Shown here: piece by piece, positions 52,627 through 64,000 of the stretch
How the letters are laid out: the number at the start of each line of letters is the position of its first letter
How positions within the stretch are numbered: the stretch's first letter is position 1
Assembly (NCBI GenBank): GCA_045837725.1
Contig: JBEWZL010000013.1
Span: 248,001-312,000 of the forward strand
Source of the DNA: Vermamoeba vermiformis
Lineage: Eukaryota
Length of the DNA: 64,000 nucleotides
Direction of reading: 5' to 3'
The notes under the pieces: model-generated
The model's input: only the letters and a program-made list of their open reading frames with translations
Told to the model about the DNA's origin: nothing
Database searches by the model: none
Made by a program: the position numbers and the translations under genes

Positions 52627-54109
52627 ATGACTTCAGTAGAATAGCAAGTGATCTATTTGCGCGATCCGTTTTAAAACAAAGCGCTAAATAATCTAATTAT
52701 TATTTTTAGCCGATTTCCCATGCCCTTATCTTTGAAAGAAGTAAGTCTAATTGCCAAACAATGCATTTTAACAATTTTAATAATTATTTTCTTACAGTAT
52801 TACCGAGCAAATATTTACTTCACACTGCGTATGAGTCGCGAACAAACATCTAAGGTACTGTCCATAACAATAATAATAAAGTGAGTATTTAAGTGAGCTC
52901 ACCCAGCCATTAGGGTGAAGGCATTGAATTTCTCGAGAATTCACCGTACAGCGATGAAAAGGGTCCTGGCTTCTACACGCACAAGATTGTGCACCTTGAA
53001 AAGTACGTGCAGTCTGACAGTAACAGTAGCGAGTGATTGCTACAGCAATCATACGTGAATTATGCGCTGAACTCATCACTCCCATTAGACGTTTGCCTGG
53101 CTGGGTGCGAGCGTTCTTGCCAGCCTCAGCACTGCGCATCGAAGAGAAGTGTATGTACTAGCAGCAGTCTTATTATATGACACTCGATAGTGCTGCACTG
53201 TACTGACGTGTTTCATGTAGCGTGGAAACAGTTCCCATTCAGTCGCACAGGTACGCCCCTAAATTGATGAATTTACACTCACTAACTGATATTTGCAGTC
53301 TATTCTGTAAGTATTACATGCAAGTCACATTTTGACACGTGTCATCTGATGACATTCGTGTCAGACTCCGTTGTTCGGTGACAAGTTGTTCGTCGAAGTG
53401 AAAAGCATCTACAAAGAGGACCGCGGTACCTCTGAGAATGTACGTGCAGTATAAAATATATATACATGTAGGATTAGCGCCATATGTGCTGGTGTTAATG
53501 ACGCTGTTAGGCACTGAATTTGAGCGAAGAAGAATTGAAGCAGCGCAAAGTAGAGTTGATTGACATTGCCAAATGTGAACGAGATCCGCGCAAAGTGAGA
53601 GTCATATGTGCAATATAAAGATATAGTAATAACAACGGCTGCATTTGTAGTACCGTCCTGAAGAAGATCCAACCACCTTCAAATCGAAGAAGACAGGTCG
53701 AGGTCCCTTGACAGATCCAGACTGGATTGTAAGTGCTAATGTACTAACATGCCTTGATTGTGACTAACATTCCTTCTGCAGCAAAAAACCAACCCCATCG
53801 TGTGTGCATACAAACACGTGACCGTTGACTGGAAGGTAACACGAGCTCACTTGTACTATCATCATAGTTCATTAACTGCTCGCACAGTACTCGTGGCTGA
53901 TGAAGTCGCGCATTGAGAACTTTGTGCACAGTCGCTTCTTCAAGGACATATTCACGCAGTCACACTTGAAGGCATTCTGTTGGATTGATGAGTGGTGGGA
54001 CATGACGCCACAAGACTTGGCACGTTATGAGCGCGAGACGAAAGAATTCCTCGAAAAAGAAATCAAAGACAAGCAACACCCAGCGGAGCCGCAAAAGAAG
54101 GCGCAGTAA
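52627..54109 (+). CDS. Phosphatidylinositol transfer protein (START-like PITP family; many short exons)
   Basis: EYRFPMPLSLKEY, GEGIEFLENSPY, GFYTHKIVHL, LPGWVR, EDPTTFKSKKTGRGPL, CAYK, AFCWIDEWWDMT. Confidence 0.93.
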
Positions 54110-54500
54110 CCTTTTGCTAGTGTGAATAATAAAGGAAACTATCAAGCACTCGCGTCATGTAAGTGATCAATAACCTTTTCGTATGCTGTAAATGAGATAA
54201 AAGAGAGAGGCTCCCTTCCGCTACAAATAATTCACGAGCACGTGATCAAGCACGTGACACGGAAAAAGATTTACACCGAGTCGGTCATTTCGTTTTTGCG
54301 CTGAATGGAAAGATAACGAGACAAGTGATCGAAACTATTTATTTGATTGATTATTATTATTGCTCTCGTAAGCTCTTTCCTGTCAGAACTAGGACAGGAC
54401 CCGCACTAGATCAACGAAAATAAGCAAAATTGTGAGTGAAGGACTTCCCATTTATTATTATAATTAACACGAATATCAGCAGAACCTATGAGTAATTGAA

Positions 54501-57500
54501 ATGGGCTTCTTCAGACAGTTTGTAACATTATTTTGGAAGAATGTCTTACTGTCTTTTCGTAATTGGAAGTCAAGCATAGCACAAATATTGAGTCCTCTAG
54601 TTATAGTACTATTATTACTCGGTAAGTATTATGTTTTCGCTTCGATTGATTTTTGAGCATTTCAATCGCTATTTTCGATATTCAAATAATTAATTACGCA
54701 ATATTTCCATAATTTGAAATCAGTCCAATAATGCTGCGAATAGGATTTCAACAAATCAGCAATGCAGTTTTGAACCAAGATATTTTGAATCCGGAGCCGC
54801 ACAATGTTGGGAAGATCCCTCAGTGCACAGAGCGAAATGGATTCCGCTGTTACAATATGTTATACGCACCTAAAAATGTTACTTGGGTCGATAATCTCAT
54901 GCGCGAGGTGAGTCCATCTGTCAGATCTGTTAACTGCATCCACGCTAACCGAGTGCCCCTCCAGCTAGCAGCAGCGAATGACGTCGATTTCAACACGAGT
55001 TATTCCGCGATGGGCAGTGGCGTGGTGGCAGGCGAGTGGACATTCATGCAGGACCACAAGACTATCTACGAGTACCTGATCAACAACCCCAACACCACGC
55101 AACATGCGCTCATATTCACGTCAGCCTATAGTTACGCTTCAGACGCTGAAATACCCCCTGAAGTGGGCTATGTCCTATTCTACAACTCCACCATGAAGAA
55201 CCCGCACGCCTTGGAGTTGATCCGCTCACTCGATCAGCTCGTGTTGGCCAAGAAATTGAACGTCTCATCCACCAGCATTGATGTGGCACTGAATTCATAT
55301 CCGAGGTACGCGTGTGGTTAATTACTATTGTACTGTATTGTACTGCTGTTGCTGACTGCTGTCTCAGGAAATTTCGCATTTCAGGCTACGACGTGGTGGC
55401 AGCGAATGGTGGCACGGTACGATCTAACTGATTATAGTACCATATTACTAACACGCTAGCACTTCAGTGGTTCTTCTTGGGTCCGATGGTGACCTTCTTT
55501 CACATTCTGACTGAGATTGTCGGTGAGAAAGAGTCGCGATTGAGACTCGGCATGCGCATGATGGGCTTGAAGACGAGTGTCTATTGGCTGGTCTGGTTCT
55601 TCACTGGCGCACTCTACATTCTGCTCGCCACACTCGTGCTCATCGGTGCTGGACTCGCCTGTCAATTTGCATTCTTCGTCAACTCAAATGTAAGCACTGA
55701 CACTCGCCGTGCTATGAACTCACCTCCCCTCGTTCTTTTGCAGATATTTGCAGTGTTCTTGCTGTTCTTCTTGTTCGGCATTGCCATGGTGTGCTTTGCA
55801 TTCTGGCTCAGCTCACTCATCTCGAGCTCCAAGACGGCACAAACAGTCGGCTATGCCATCATCTTGGTCGGCTTCGTGTTTCAAGCCATCATGTCCAGTG
55901 GCAATGGCGCACTCGTCGACATGTTGTGGGCTGATGACTTGCCGCCGTGGGTCGTGTTCGTGCGCTGGGTCCTCACGCAGTATCCACCGTTCAACTTCGA
56001 CAAGGCCTATGCAGACATTGCGTTCAAGAGCTCAGACACACTCAGCCTCAGCGAGGGGCGCATAGTGAAGGGCAAGGGTTTTGAATGGGATGACTTGTTC
56101 GAGGGTCGTGCCATTGATTTCTTCGGCACTCACGTACAAATCCCTGCGCCGATGCAACAAATCTTGTGGCTGGTCATCAACACAGCTATTTATGGCCTCG
56201 TCGGTCTCGTAAGTAGAACCTATCGTGCATTCTGACTCATTGACACGTGTCATTGGCAGTACCTCGACAATGTGTTGCCAGGCGAACACGGCTCACCGCG
56301 CCACTTGTTCTTCTTTTTAGACCCGTATTACTGGGGCTGGAAGAAGCCTAAGATCCGCATGAAGGACACTGAGTACGCAGTCATTTATTTATCTCTCTGT
56401 GAGTACAGCACTGACCTAGTGACAGCGCGGCACTGGAACACAATCGCGAAGACTTTGAGCGCGGTGAATATGACGAGGATGTGGAAGAAGAGGTGACACG
56501 TGCCATCGAAGACACCGACAACGAGTCAGCAGTGCGTGTCATGCAACTGACCAAGAAATACCGACACTACTTGTGTCTGCCCTCACAGCGCGATGTGACT
56601 GCCGTGGACAACTTGTCATTCACCATTGAGGAGGGCGAGATATTCTGTTTGCTCGGACACAACGGCGCTGGCAAGGTACGACATTTCCATATGTGGCAAT
56701 CACTACTGACAGCGCTGACAGACCACGACGATCAACATGTTGACAGGGCTGTTCACTCCGACGAGTGGCACGGCCTTCATCTACGGCCACAATGTGTTGA
56801 GTGAGATGGACGAGATTCAAAACATCACTGGTGTCTGTCCGCAGCACAACATTCTCTGGGATGAATTGACTGCGCGCGAACACCTCATCTTCTTTGCCGT
56901 GCTCAAGCGCATTCCGCCGATGCAGATCCGCGAAGAAGTGAACGACAAGCTGCATCAGATGGGCCTCAGCTCTGTCGCCGATGATCGTGTGGGCTCATTC
57001 TCTGGTGGCATGAAGCGACGGTACGTACTGTGACACGTGACATTGAAGGGGATGACTAACTGACACGTGTCACTATCAGACTCTCAGTAGCAATCTCCGC
57101 GATTGGAGATCCGAAGATTATTTTTATGGACGAGCCCACCACAGGTCTCGATCCCGTGCACAAGCGCGAGGTGTGGCACTTGATTGAATCGATCAGAAAA
57201 GAGCGCGTCATCTTGCTGACCACGCACTCGATGGAAGAGGCTGATGTCTTGGCCTCGCGCATTGCTATCATGTCTGGCGGCAAACTGCGCTGTCTCGGCA
57301 ACTCGCTGCATCTGAAGAGCACGTACGGCACTGGTTACCGCATCAACGCACTGCTCAAGACCACGGAGGTGTTCGCGCCCTTTGTAAGTCTGTCAACCAA
57401 TCATAGCGCAGTGATTAATATAGCCACAGATTGAACAACTCTATGCGCACTGGCCCTGGTTGAAAGGTCACGTGACAGGCTCACTCGTGCAGCGCAGTGT

Positions 57501-60500
57501 CATTTTGACAGTGGACACGGAGCACAAGTCATTCGTGCCTGAACTCGTCAAGTTTGTGGGCCGATCAGATCTGGTCTCCGAATGGGGCATGAGTCACTCC
57601 ACCCTCGAAGACGTATGTCGCTCATATGACACTGTTGCATTGTTGCGCTGACCACTCACTCGTTCATGAATCAGGTGTTCTTGCACGTCACGAGCAAACA
57701 CAGCGAAGAAGTGCGTGAGATGCATTTGAACGACAATGTCGATGATCTGTTGCTGCAACACGACTCCGCGCACAGCATCAATGGCGTGGACGAGGACAAA
57801 GAGTCCGACAACACACACGTGCACATCGATCAGCAGCACTACCTCGATGTCTCCAAATCATTCCCATTCCGAGCACTCTTCCGCAAGAACTTCAGCTTGC
57901 AGCGCCGCCAAACATTCACCAATCTGTGTCAGATTCTCACACCTGTGCTCGTCATGGCCATATTAGTGCTCTTGCAGCTCATTATTCGCGCACAGCTCGG
58001 CGATGATTTCAACAAGCGCGAGTTGATCCCTTCAGTGCCCTTCCCGCTCAACGAGCACGGCTTGAAATCTCCATTCACTCTGCACGAGGCACAGTTCGCG
58101 CAGTACATGGAGACCGAACACTTGCAGCGCGTGTATGACTTGCGCAGCGAAGAGATGCCGCAGGACACGAACAACACGAGTGCGGCCACGTGCTTCACGT
58201 ACTTCTTGATGAGCACGGACAGCGAGGCCATGAACAGCAGTGTTGGACACGCCACAGAGGACGGGGCTCGCGCAGGACTGCTCGGTCACATTCAACAACG
58301 CGCCTGTCAGCTGCTCAACGACACCACGCTGCAAGTGCCGTTCTTTGAATCGCGCGACAGTTACGAGGACATTCAAAGCGAATTGTTTCACGACATTGTG
58401 ACGCTGAACAACCACTCGCTGACCGATGTGCAACTGCCGCCACTGCTCTATCTGTTGCCTGACGGCTACATCTCCTTCCACGAGCTCAATGTCACTGCAG
58501 CCAGGTATGTCATCGCACCATATCAATAGCGTCCGTGAGTAGCGCTCATCTGGTATTCCTAGATTGAAGTACACCATGGCTGTGAACGACAACATTGTCT
58601 ACAAATATCACCGCGCCAACAACTTTACGCGCTTAGATCTGCCAGGCAATTTGACACTCAACATACCGGGCTCATCGATCGACTTGACCGGTCAGATCTT
58701 GATCGTCAAAGAGGGTCAAATGCAGCTCTTGTCGCTGATCGATCAAGCATTCATCGCACAGCTCACTGAGCAGCATCACATTACACCGCCAGGCAACGAC
58801 ACCAGAAGTCAGTGGCTCAATGCGCGACTCGTGCAGCGCATGCCTTATTTTGCCTCGGCCAATCTCCTCGCCATCCTCGAGTACGTAGCACACCGTAACT
58901 AGATGTGTGACACCAGATCTGACTGTCTATTCAGAGCATTCGGTGCCTTCTTGTACCCCGTAGCACTGTGTCTGCAGCTGCCTATTTACATCTACTTGCT
59001 CGTGCTGGAGAAGAGTCAGAAGTTGAAGGACATGATGCAAGCACACGGCATGCAGAGTCGACACTACGTCGCGACCAATTACATCTTCTTCTACTTGCTC
59101 TACATGCTCGCGTTTGGCTTCTTGTGGCTCTCAGGACTCGCAGCGCAAATTCGATTCTTCACGCAGACAGATCCGCTGCTCTTGTTTTTGTTCTTGTTCG
59201 GCTGGGGCCACTGTCTCATTGCCCTCGCCTTCTTAATCAGCACCTTCCTCTCCTCGCCGCGGTAAGTACCACGCATTCGTGCCTCACCGTACAGCCCTAA
59301 CACAGCTGCAGAGCGAGCACATTGGTCGGCTACATCATTGCACTGCTCGGCACACTGATCGCGGAAGTCGTGTCCATTGGTATCTACGGCCCCTTTGCAT
59401 TCAGCATTGGCACGGAACTGCCCAAGTGGCTGCTCATCTGGCCGCAGTTCTCATTCGTGCGCGGCATTTATCTGCTGAATGACGCCTGTGCGCAACGTTT
59501 CTCGTGCTACGGACCTCTCTGGACCATGAGCATTGACGACGAGTTCGTGGACTGTCTTGTCTTCCTGTACGGTGCTGCACTCGTCTATGGTGCACTCGCT
59601 GTCTGTGCGCAGCGCGGATGGCGTCGTACATTCTTCTGCCAACGCGTGGTGACGAGTCATCGACCGAGCGTTGCCACACCGACGAGCAGTGGCTATGGTC
59701 AATCGCTGCAAGAAATGCCCAAAGAGAGTGACGCGCTGTTGAGTGAAGAGAATGCAGGTGCAATGGCGCAAGAAGATCCAGACTGTCGCAATGAACGCAA
59801 GCGCGTGCACGACGGTGATTATCCGAACAACGCGCCACTCGTGATTGGCGACCTGCACCACGAGTACAGCGCGAACAAGACTGCGCTGTCGAGTCTGTGT
59901 CTCGTCGTGGAAGAGGGCGAGTGCTTTGGTTTGCTCGGTGAGAACGGCGCTGGCAAGACAACGACGATTGGCATCTTGACAGGTCTCGTGACACCCACTG
60001 CGGGCTGGGCCATGGTGGCAGGCTACGATGTGACGACAGACCTGCCCAATGTGCAGCGTCGCATTGGTGTTTGTCCGCAATTCGATGTGTTGTGGGACAC
60101 CCTCACCGTCGAAGAACACTTGCTGTTCTATGCACGTCTCAAAGGCATCACGCCCAGCCACGAGAAAGTGCACGTGCACAAGTTGTTGCAGCAAGTCGGA
60201 CTGTTCAATGTGCGCACGAGACTCGCGGGCAATTTGAGCGGTGGCATGAAGCGACGTCTGAGTGTCGCTATCGCCCTCGTGGGTGACAGTCGCATAGTGT
60301 TCTTAGACGAGCCCACGACAGGTCTCGATCCAGCCAGTCGTCGCCAGTTGTGGGACATCATCTTGGCTGCTCGCAGAGGGCGCGCCGTGTTGTTGACCAC
60401 GCACTCCATGGAAGAAGCTGAAATCTTGTGCACACGCATTGGTATACTCGCCAAGGGTGTGTTGTGTTGTCTCGGCACGCAGCAGCACCTTAAGAACACC

Positions 60501-60806
60501 TACGGCGAGGGCTTCCGATTGCAGATCAACTTCGATGTGCGCGAAGAAGAACGAGCGCGGGAATTTATTTTGAAGACATTTGACAGCGCCACCATGCTCG
60601 CAACATTCAAGGGCACTGAAGAGTATCAACTCGACAAAGACACGCCAGTGCATCGTGTGTTCGCGGTCATGGAGAAGTTCGCTGCTCGCCACGGCATTAT
60701 TGATTGGAGCATCACGCAGATCGGACTGTTGGACGTGTTCCAAAAGATTGTTGCAGCATCGCACTTTTTGGACCCGAGTGAAGAAGACATTTTCACGACA
60801 GTATAA
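54501..60806 (+). CDS. Full-length ABCA-family transporter (TMD-NBD-TMD-NBD; multi-exon)
   Basis: RQFVTLFWKN start; EKESRLRLGMRMMGL; two NBDs (LLGHNGAGK/FSGGMKRR/MDEPTTGLDP and LLGENGAGK/LSGGMKRR/LDEPTTGLDP, each with LTTHSMEEA). Confidence 0.96.
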
Positions 60807-61124
60807 GAAACTAGGTCATTGTACAGCGGATCATGTAAATTTAAAACTTTTATTATGACTGGCCTTTACAATCGAAATGCTGCGTAAATGAAAATTCTTA
60901 ATACAATTTAATTGTGAAAGCATCAAGGATCACACGGAAGATATAATTTGTTGCCTAAAATAGTTCAAAAGCCATAAAAAGCAAATTTAAATTGTTTTCA
61001 CGTGTCAGAAAAATTCGTCACACGTGATCGACGGGATTTAAATAAACAAGGCAATTGACCGCCATTTTCTATGCACTACAGCTTTCGACAAGACACAAGA
61101 CTCGAACACTGATCAATAGTCATT

Positions 61125-62305
61125 ATGGCGAGTGCATCGATTACTATGCGAAATCCGAGAAAGCGACTTTGTCCTTTCCTTGATTCAGTACAACCGAGCA
61201 AGAAACTCCGATCTGAGTGCCCTAGCTCATCGGACTCGCATGTATCGATGTTCTGCCTTCTGCCTGATGAAATTGTGGTCGAGGTATGTTTCGGTTTTTT
61301 GTTTTTTAGCGGATCCCAGCTTTATCGACTCATAACAAATCATATCCCCAACACCTTATGTTGTATGAAGTGCATACATTCATTTAATTTGAATAATTCC
61401 GCAAAAAAAGTGGATCACTGACAAGTTTTTTTTTCGATCCAGATTTTGCGCTTCATTTCATGTCCGCACGATTTGCAATCAGTGTCCAGTGTCTGTCGAC
61501 AATTCTCCAAGCTACATCATGAATCCTCGCTCTGGCGAGACTTGTGTAATGTCAAATTTCCATGGCTCACTACGGAACAAACCGAAAAGCCTATTGAAGA
61601 AGATTGGAAGTCCTATTTTATTCGCTTATATCGTATGCCTGTATTCTCCAACGATAGAGAAAGACTCCGAGATGCATTCTCAGCCCTTCGACGTCTGGGC
61701 ATTACCGCCAAGATGTAAGTCTACCAGTACAAAGCGGACTTTTAGTCCAAGTGGATCGGTACACCCAAATCAAATATATACTCATCGTTTTTAAATCAAG
61801 GATTAAGGATACGTTTCTTATCCTTACCGTAAATTTGAAGCGAGAAAATCCGGAACCCATTACTACTATAGTTTTTTTTTTTTTTTTTTTTTTTAATAGC
61901 TAAAAATAGACCTCAAAAAAATAGCATCCACTCCGATTTCACGGTGACAACCTGTCGCGTCTGGATACTGAGATTTATTTCCTTTATAGGTCATTTTCAT
62001 GTTGCTCAAATTGCGGATGGAGGGAAGTCAAGCAAGGCCGTCGCGGCACCGTGTTCTGGCACATGGGCATGGACAAGGCTTTCAAACAACGTCGTCTCGT
62101 TAGCAAATTAGCTCTTGCTTGGCGCGGCAACAAACAACTCATCTGCGATGTACTGAGCTCGCGTGGCCTTAATGTCGAAGTACCTCTCGACAACAGCACG
62201 CCGATCTTTGTACATCCTCAGCCACGCCACTACGTGCCTAATTATGAGTGCTATTCACTATCGGATGAGTACGTCAGCGATGGTGAGTGCTGCGATGACG
62301 ATTAA
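61125..62305 (+). CDS. F-box protein with a C-terminal CCxxCG (DUF6891-like) domain (2 introns)
   Basis: F-box LLPDEIVVE/ILRFI...LQSVSSVCRQF...LWRDLC; intron 61715-61989 joins RLRDAFSALRRLGITAKM to SFSCCSNCGW...GTVFWH. Confidence 0.8.
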
Positions 62306-62399
62306 TAGTGCATTGTTCGTCATTGTCGCCTAGTAATTGTAAATATGTATCCGGGTATTGAATAAATTCCTCTTTGTGACACGAAATCTTTAATTGTAA

Positions 62400-62888
62400 T
62401 TAATTAAATACAGCTGACACTTGTTCAATTACTGTTAATGCGTCACTCCAATCCGTAGATGACTGAATTGGGCCTTTCTCTCCTTCGGCAGTACGAATCT
62501 CTTCCTGGTTGCGAACGCACGATCAGCTTTGTCAAAGCCATTCAATAATTACTCACCATATGATCTCTAATATCATTCAGTGCTGTCTCTAATCTATTTC
62601 TGCTGTCTGTGATCATTGTCAATGATTCCCCGAGAACTTCTTCCTAATTATTGTATCAATATTTAATTTAATTTCTAATATATCAAATACCTGTTTTTTA
62701 ATTGTGTAGGAATCGGCACCCTCTTGTTTTAATTTTTCAATCTTTTCTTGAATTTGTTTCTCTTCTTTTTTGTAATATTCGAGATCCTTGTTCAATCTGA
62801 CGTCATTAATTATTATGGCCTAATATATTTTCCCCTACCTCTTGCACGTTCCAGTCTTAATCTTTAGTTTCTTTTGCAAGTCAGCCAT
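62400..62888 (-). CDS. TBCA: Tubulin-folding cofactor A (4 exons; absent from the ORF track)
   Basis: MADLQKKLKIKTGTCKR/LNKDLEYYKKEEKQIQEKIEKLKQEGADSYTIKKQ/EEVLGESLTMITDSRNRL. Confidence 0.92.
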
Positions 62889-63046
62889 GTTTGGACAGTT
62901 GATCCTTATTTGAAATAAAATGGCGGGTTTCTGAAGCACAGAGAATTCTTTCTTCAATGACATTGTGCTTATTGTCAAAGAGCACTAGAAGCACTTGTAA
63001 ATACTCACTTGCCATGTTTATTTGATACAGATACTCGATGTTCAGG

Positions 63047-63665
63047 TTACATCTGCACACGGCGCAAGACCGCTGCAGTGAGGTGGTCCAAAGACTGCGC
63101 GCCATCGAGCAGTGTGATGTCGTCGAGCTGTGCAAGGTGTTCTAAGTACCGTTCATAGCCTGGCCACACGCACAAGTCAAAGTAGGCTCTGTTCTCACGC
63201 AGCCAGTCATCGCGTGTCAATCGTCGTGTCAAACAGGTCTCTCTATCAATGCTGATCATATACTTGACTGCGCACAGATCCAGCACGCGTCTGTCATAGT
63301 ACAACATGTTGCCTTCAACGACAATCACTCGCTCTGGATGTTGGTGCTTTAAATCGATTATTGTTTGAACCATCCGATCAAAGTCGATAGCCGAAGGATC
63401 GTCCCAGTCGTCAAATTGTTCTACTTTCTTGAATCCAGCAGACTAAAATAGAAAAAAGAAAATATTAATTCAACGGTTACAGCCCTGCACAATTGAATAT
63501 AATTTATTATTGAAAAAATATGATTTTTTATTATACAATTGACAACTTTACCTTGTAATAATCATCCTGGGAAATTAAAACAGCATCTACACCGCTGCTC
63601 GCACTTATGCGCTTTGCAATTGTTGATTTACCACTACATGTAGCCCCACCAATTCCTATTATCAT
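63047..63665 (-). CDS. Nicotinamide riboside kinase / uridine-kinase-like protein (1 intron)
   Basis: MIIGIGGATCSGKST, QDDYYK, WDDPSAIDFD, IVVEG, RRLTR, YFDLCVWPGY. Confidence 0.85.
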
Positions 63666-63770
63666 GCTAAGGCATTCACACGACGTATCTTGTTGGGGGG
63701 CTCGGGACTAAAATTGGTTTGAGAAAAATTCTGGATTAGTTATCACACAAACTTCACACTAACGCAACAA

Positions 63771-64000
63771 ATGGAGAAAGACGAGCCCAAAGTTTATGAA
63801 AATGAGATATTTAAAGTTTACGAGGTCGCAGGCCAGCGCTGGGACAGCTTTCTAGAGAAGTTTAGGCAGACTACCAAAACGCAAGTTGAATTAATAACTC
63901 AGGTAGGGATATTTGCCTATAAATTTATTAAATTAATAATATATAAAAGGAAATCGTGTTCCCAGAAGATAAGAAGCAAGTGTGTTTTTTGTTACGTAAC
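63771..64000 (+). CDS. 5' end of an unidentified gene running off the right edge
   Basis: ATG in A-rich context, open exon MEKDEPKVYENEIF...ELITQ, then a GTAGG donor. Confidence 0.45.
   Translation, partial: MEKDEPKVYENEIFKVYEVAGQRWDSFLEKFRQTTKTQVELITQVGIFAYKFIKLIIYKRKSCSQKIRSKCVFCYV

Noticed and set aside
8819-60764. Many long antisense or alternative-frame ORFs (e.g. 8819-9730, 14443-15468, 16887-17936, 30790-31863)
   Set aside because: They shadow real genes, lack motifs and are expected from GC-rich codon usage

Overview
Compact, gene-dense eukaryotic (protist-like, possibly amoebozoan; the taxon is a guess) genomic DNA with short spliceosomal introns and about 27 protein-coding genes. 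Most are housekeeping: MMS19, RFC1, CHMP7, WDR4, VPS13, DCAF15, SLX9, mitochondrial T7-type RNA polymerase, a BET protein, an MFS transporter, a Rac GTPase, TYW1, N6AMT1, ATXN10, PITP, an ABCA transporter, TBCA and NRK. All gene models were spliced by hand and family calls come from remembered motifs, not database searches. The main candidate for a new system is a spliced gene (27785-29413, minus) fusing the DENR/Tma22 N-terminal zinc-binding, MCTS1-interacting domain to an intact Rnl2-type ATP-dependent RNA ligase, in place of the usual SUI1 domain. Other notable items: a highly iterated palindrome (TGACACGTGTCA, core CACGTG) in introns and exons; a GGPP-synthase paralogue lacking its IPP-binding and second Asp-rich motifs; an F-box protein with a bacterial-like CCxxCG domain; and a 1.4 kb non-genic segment flanked by a 9 bp direct repeat.
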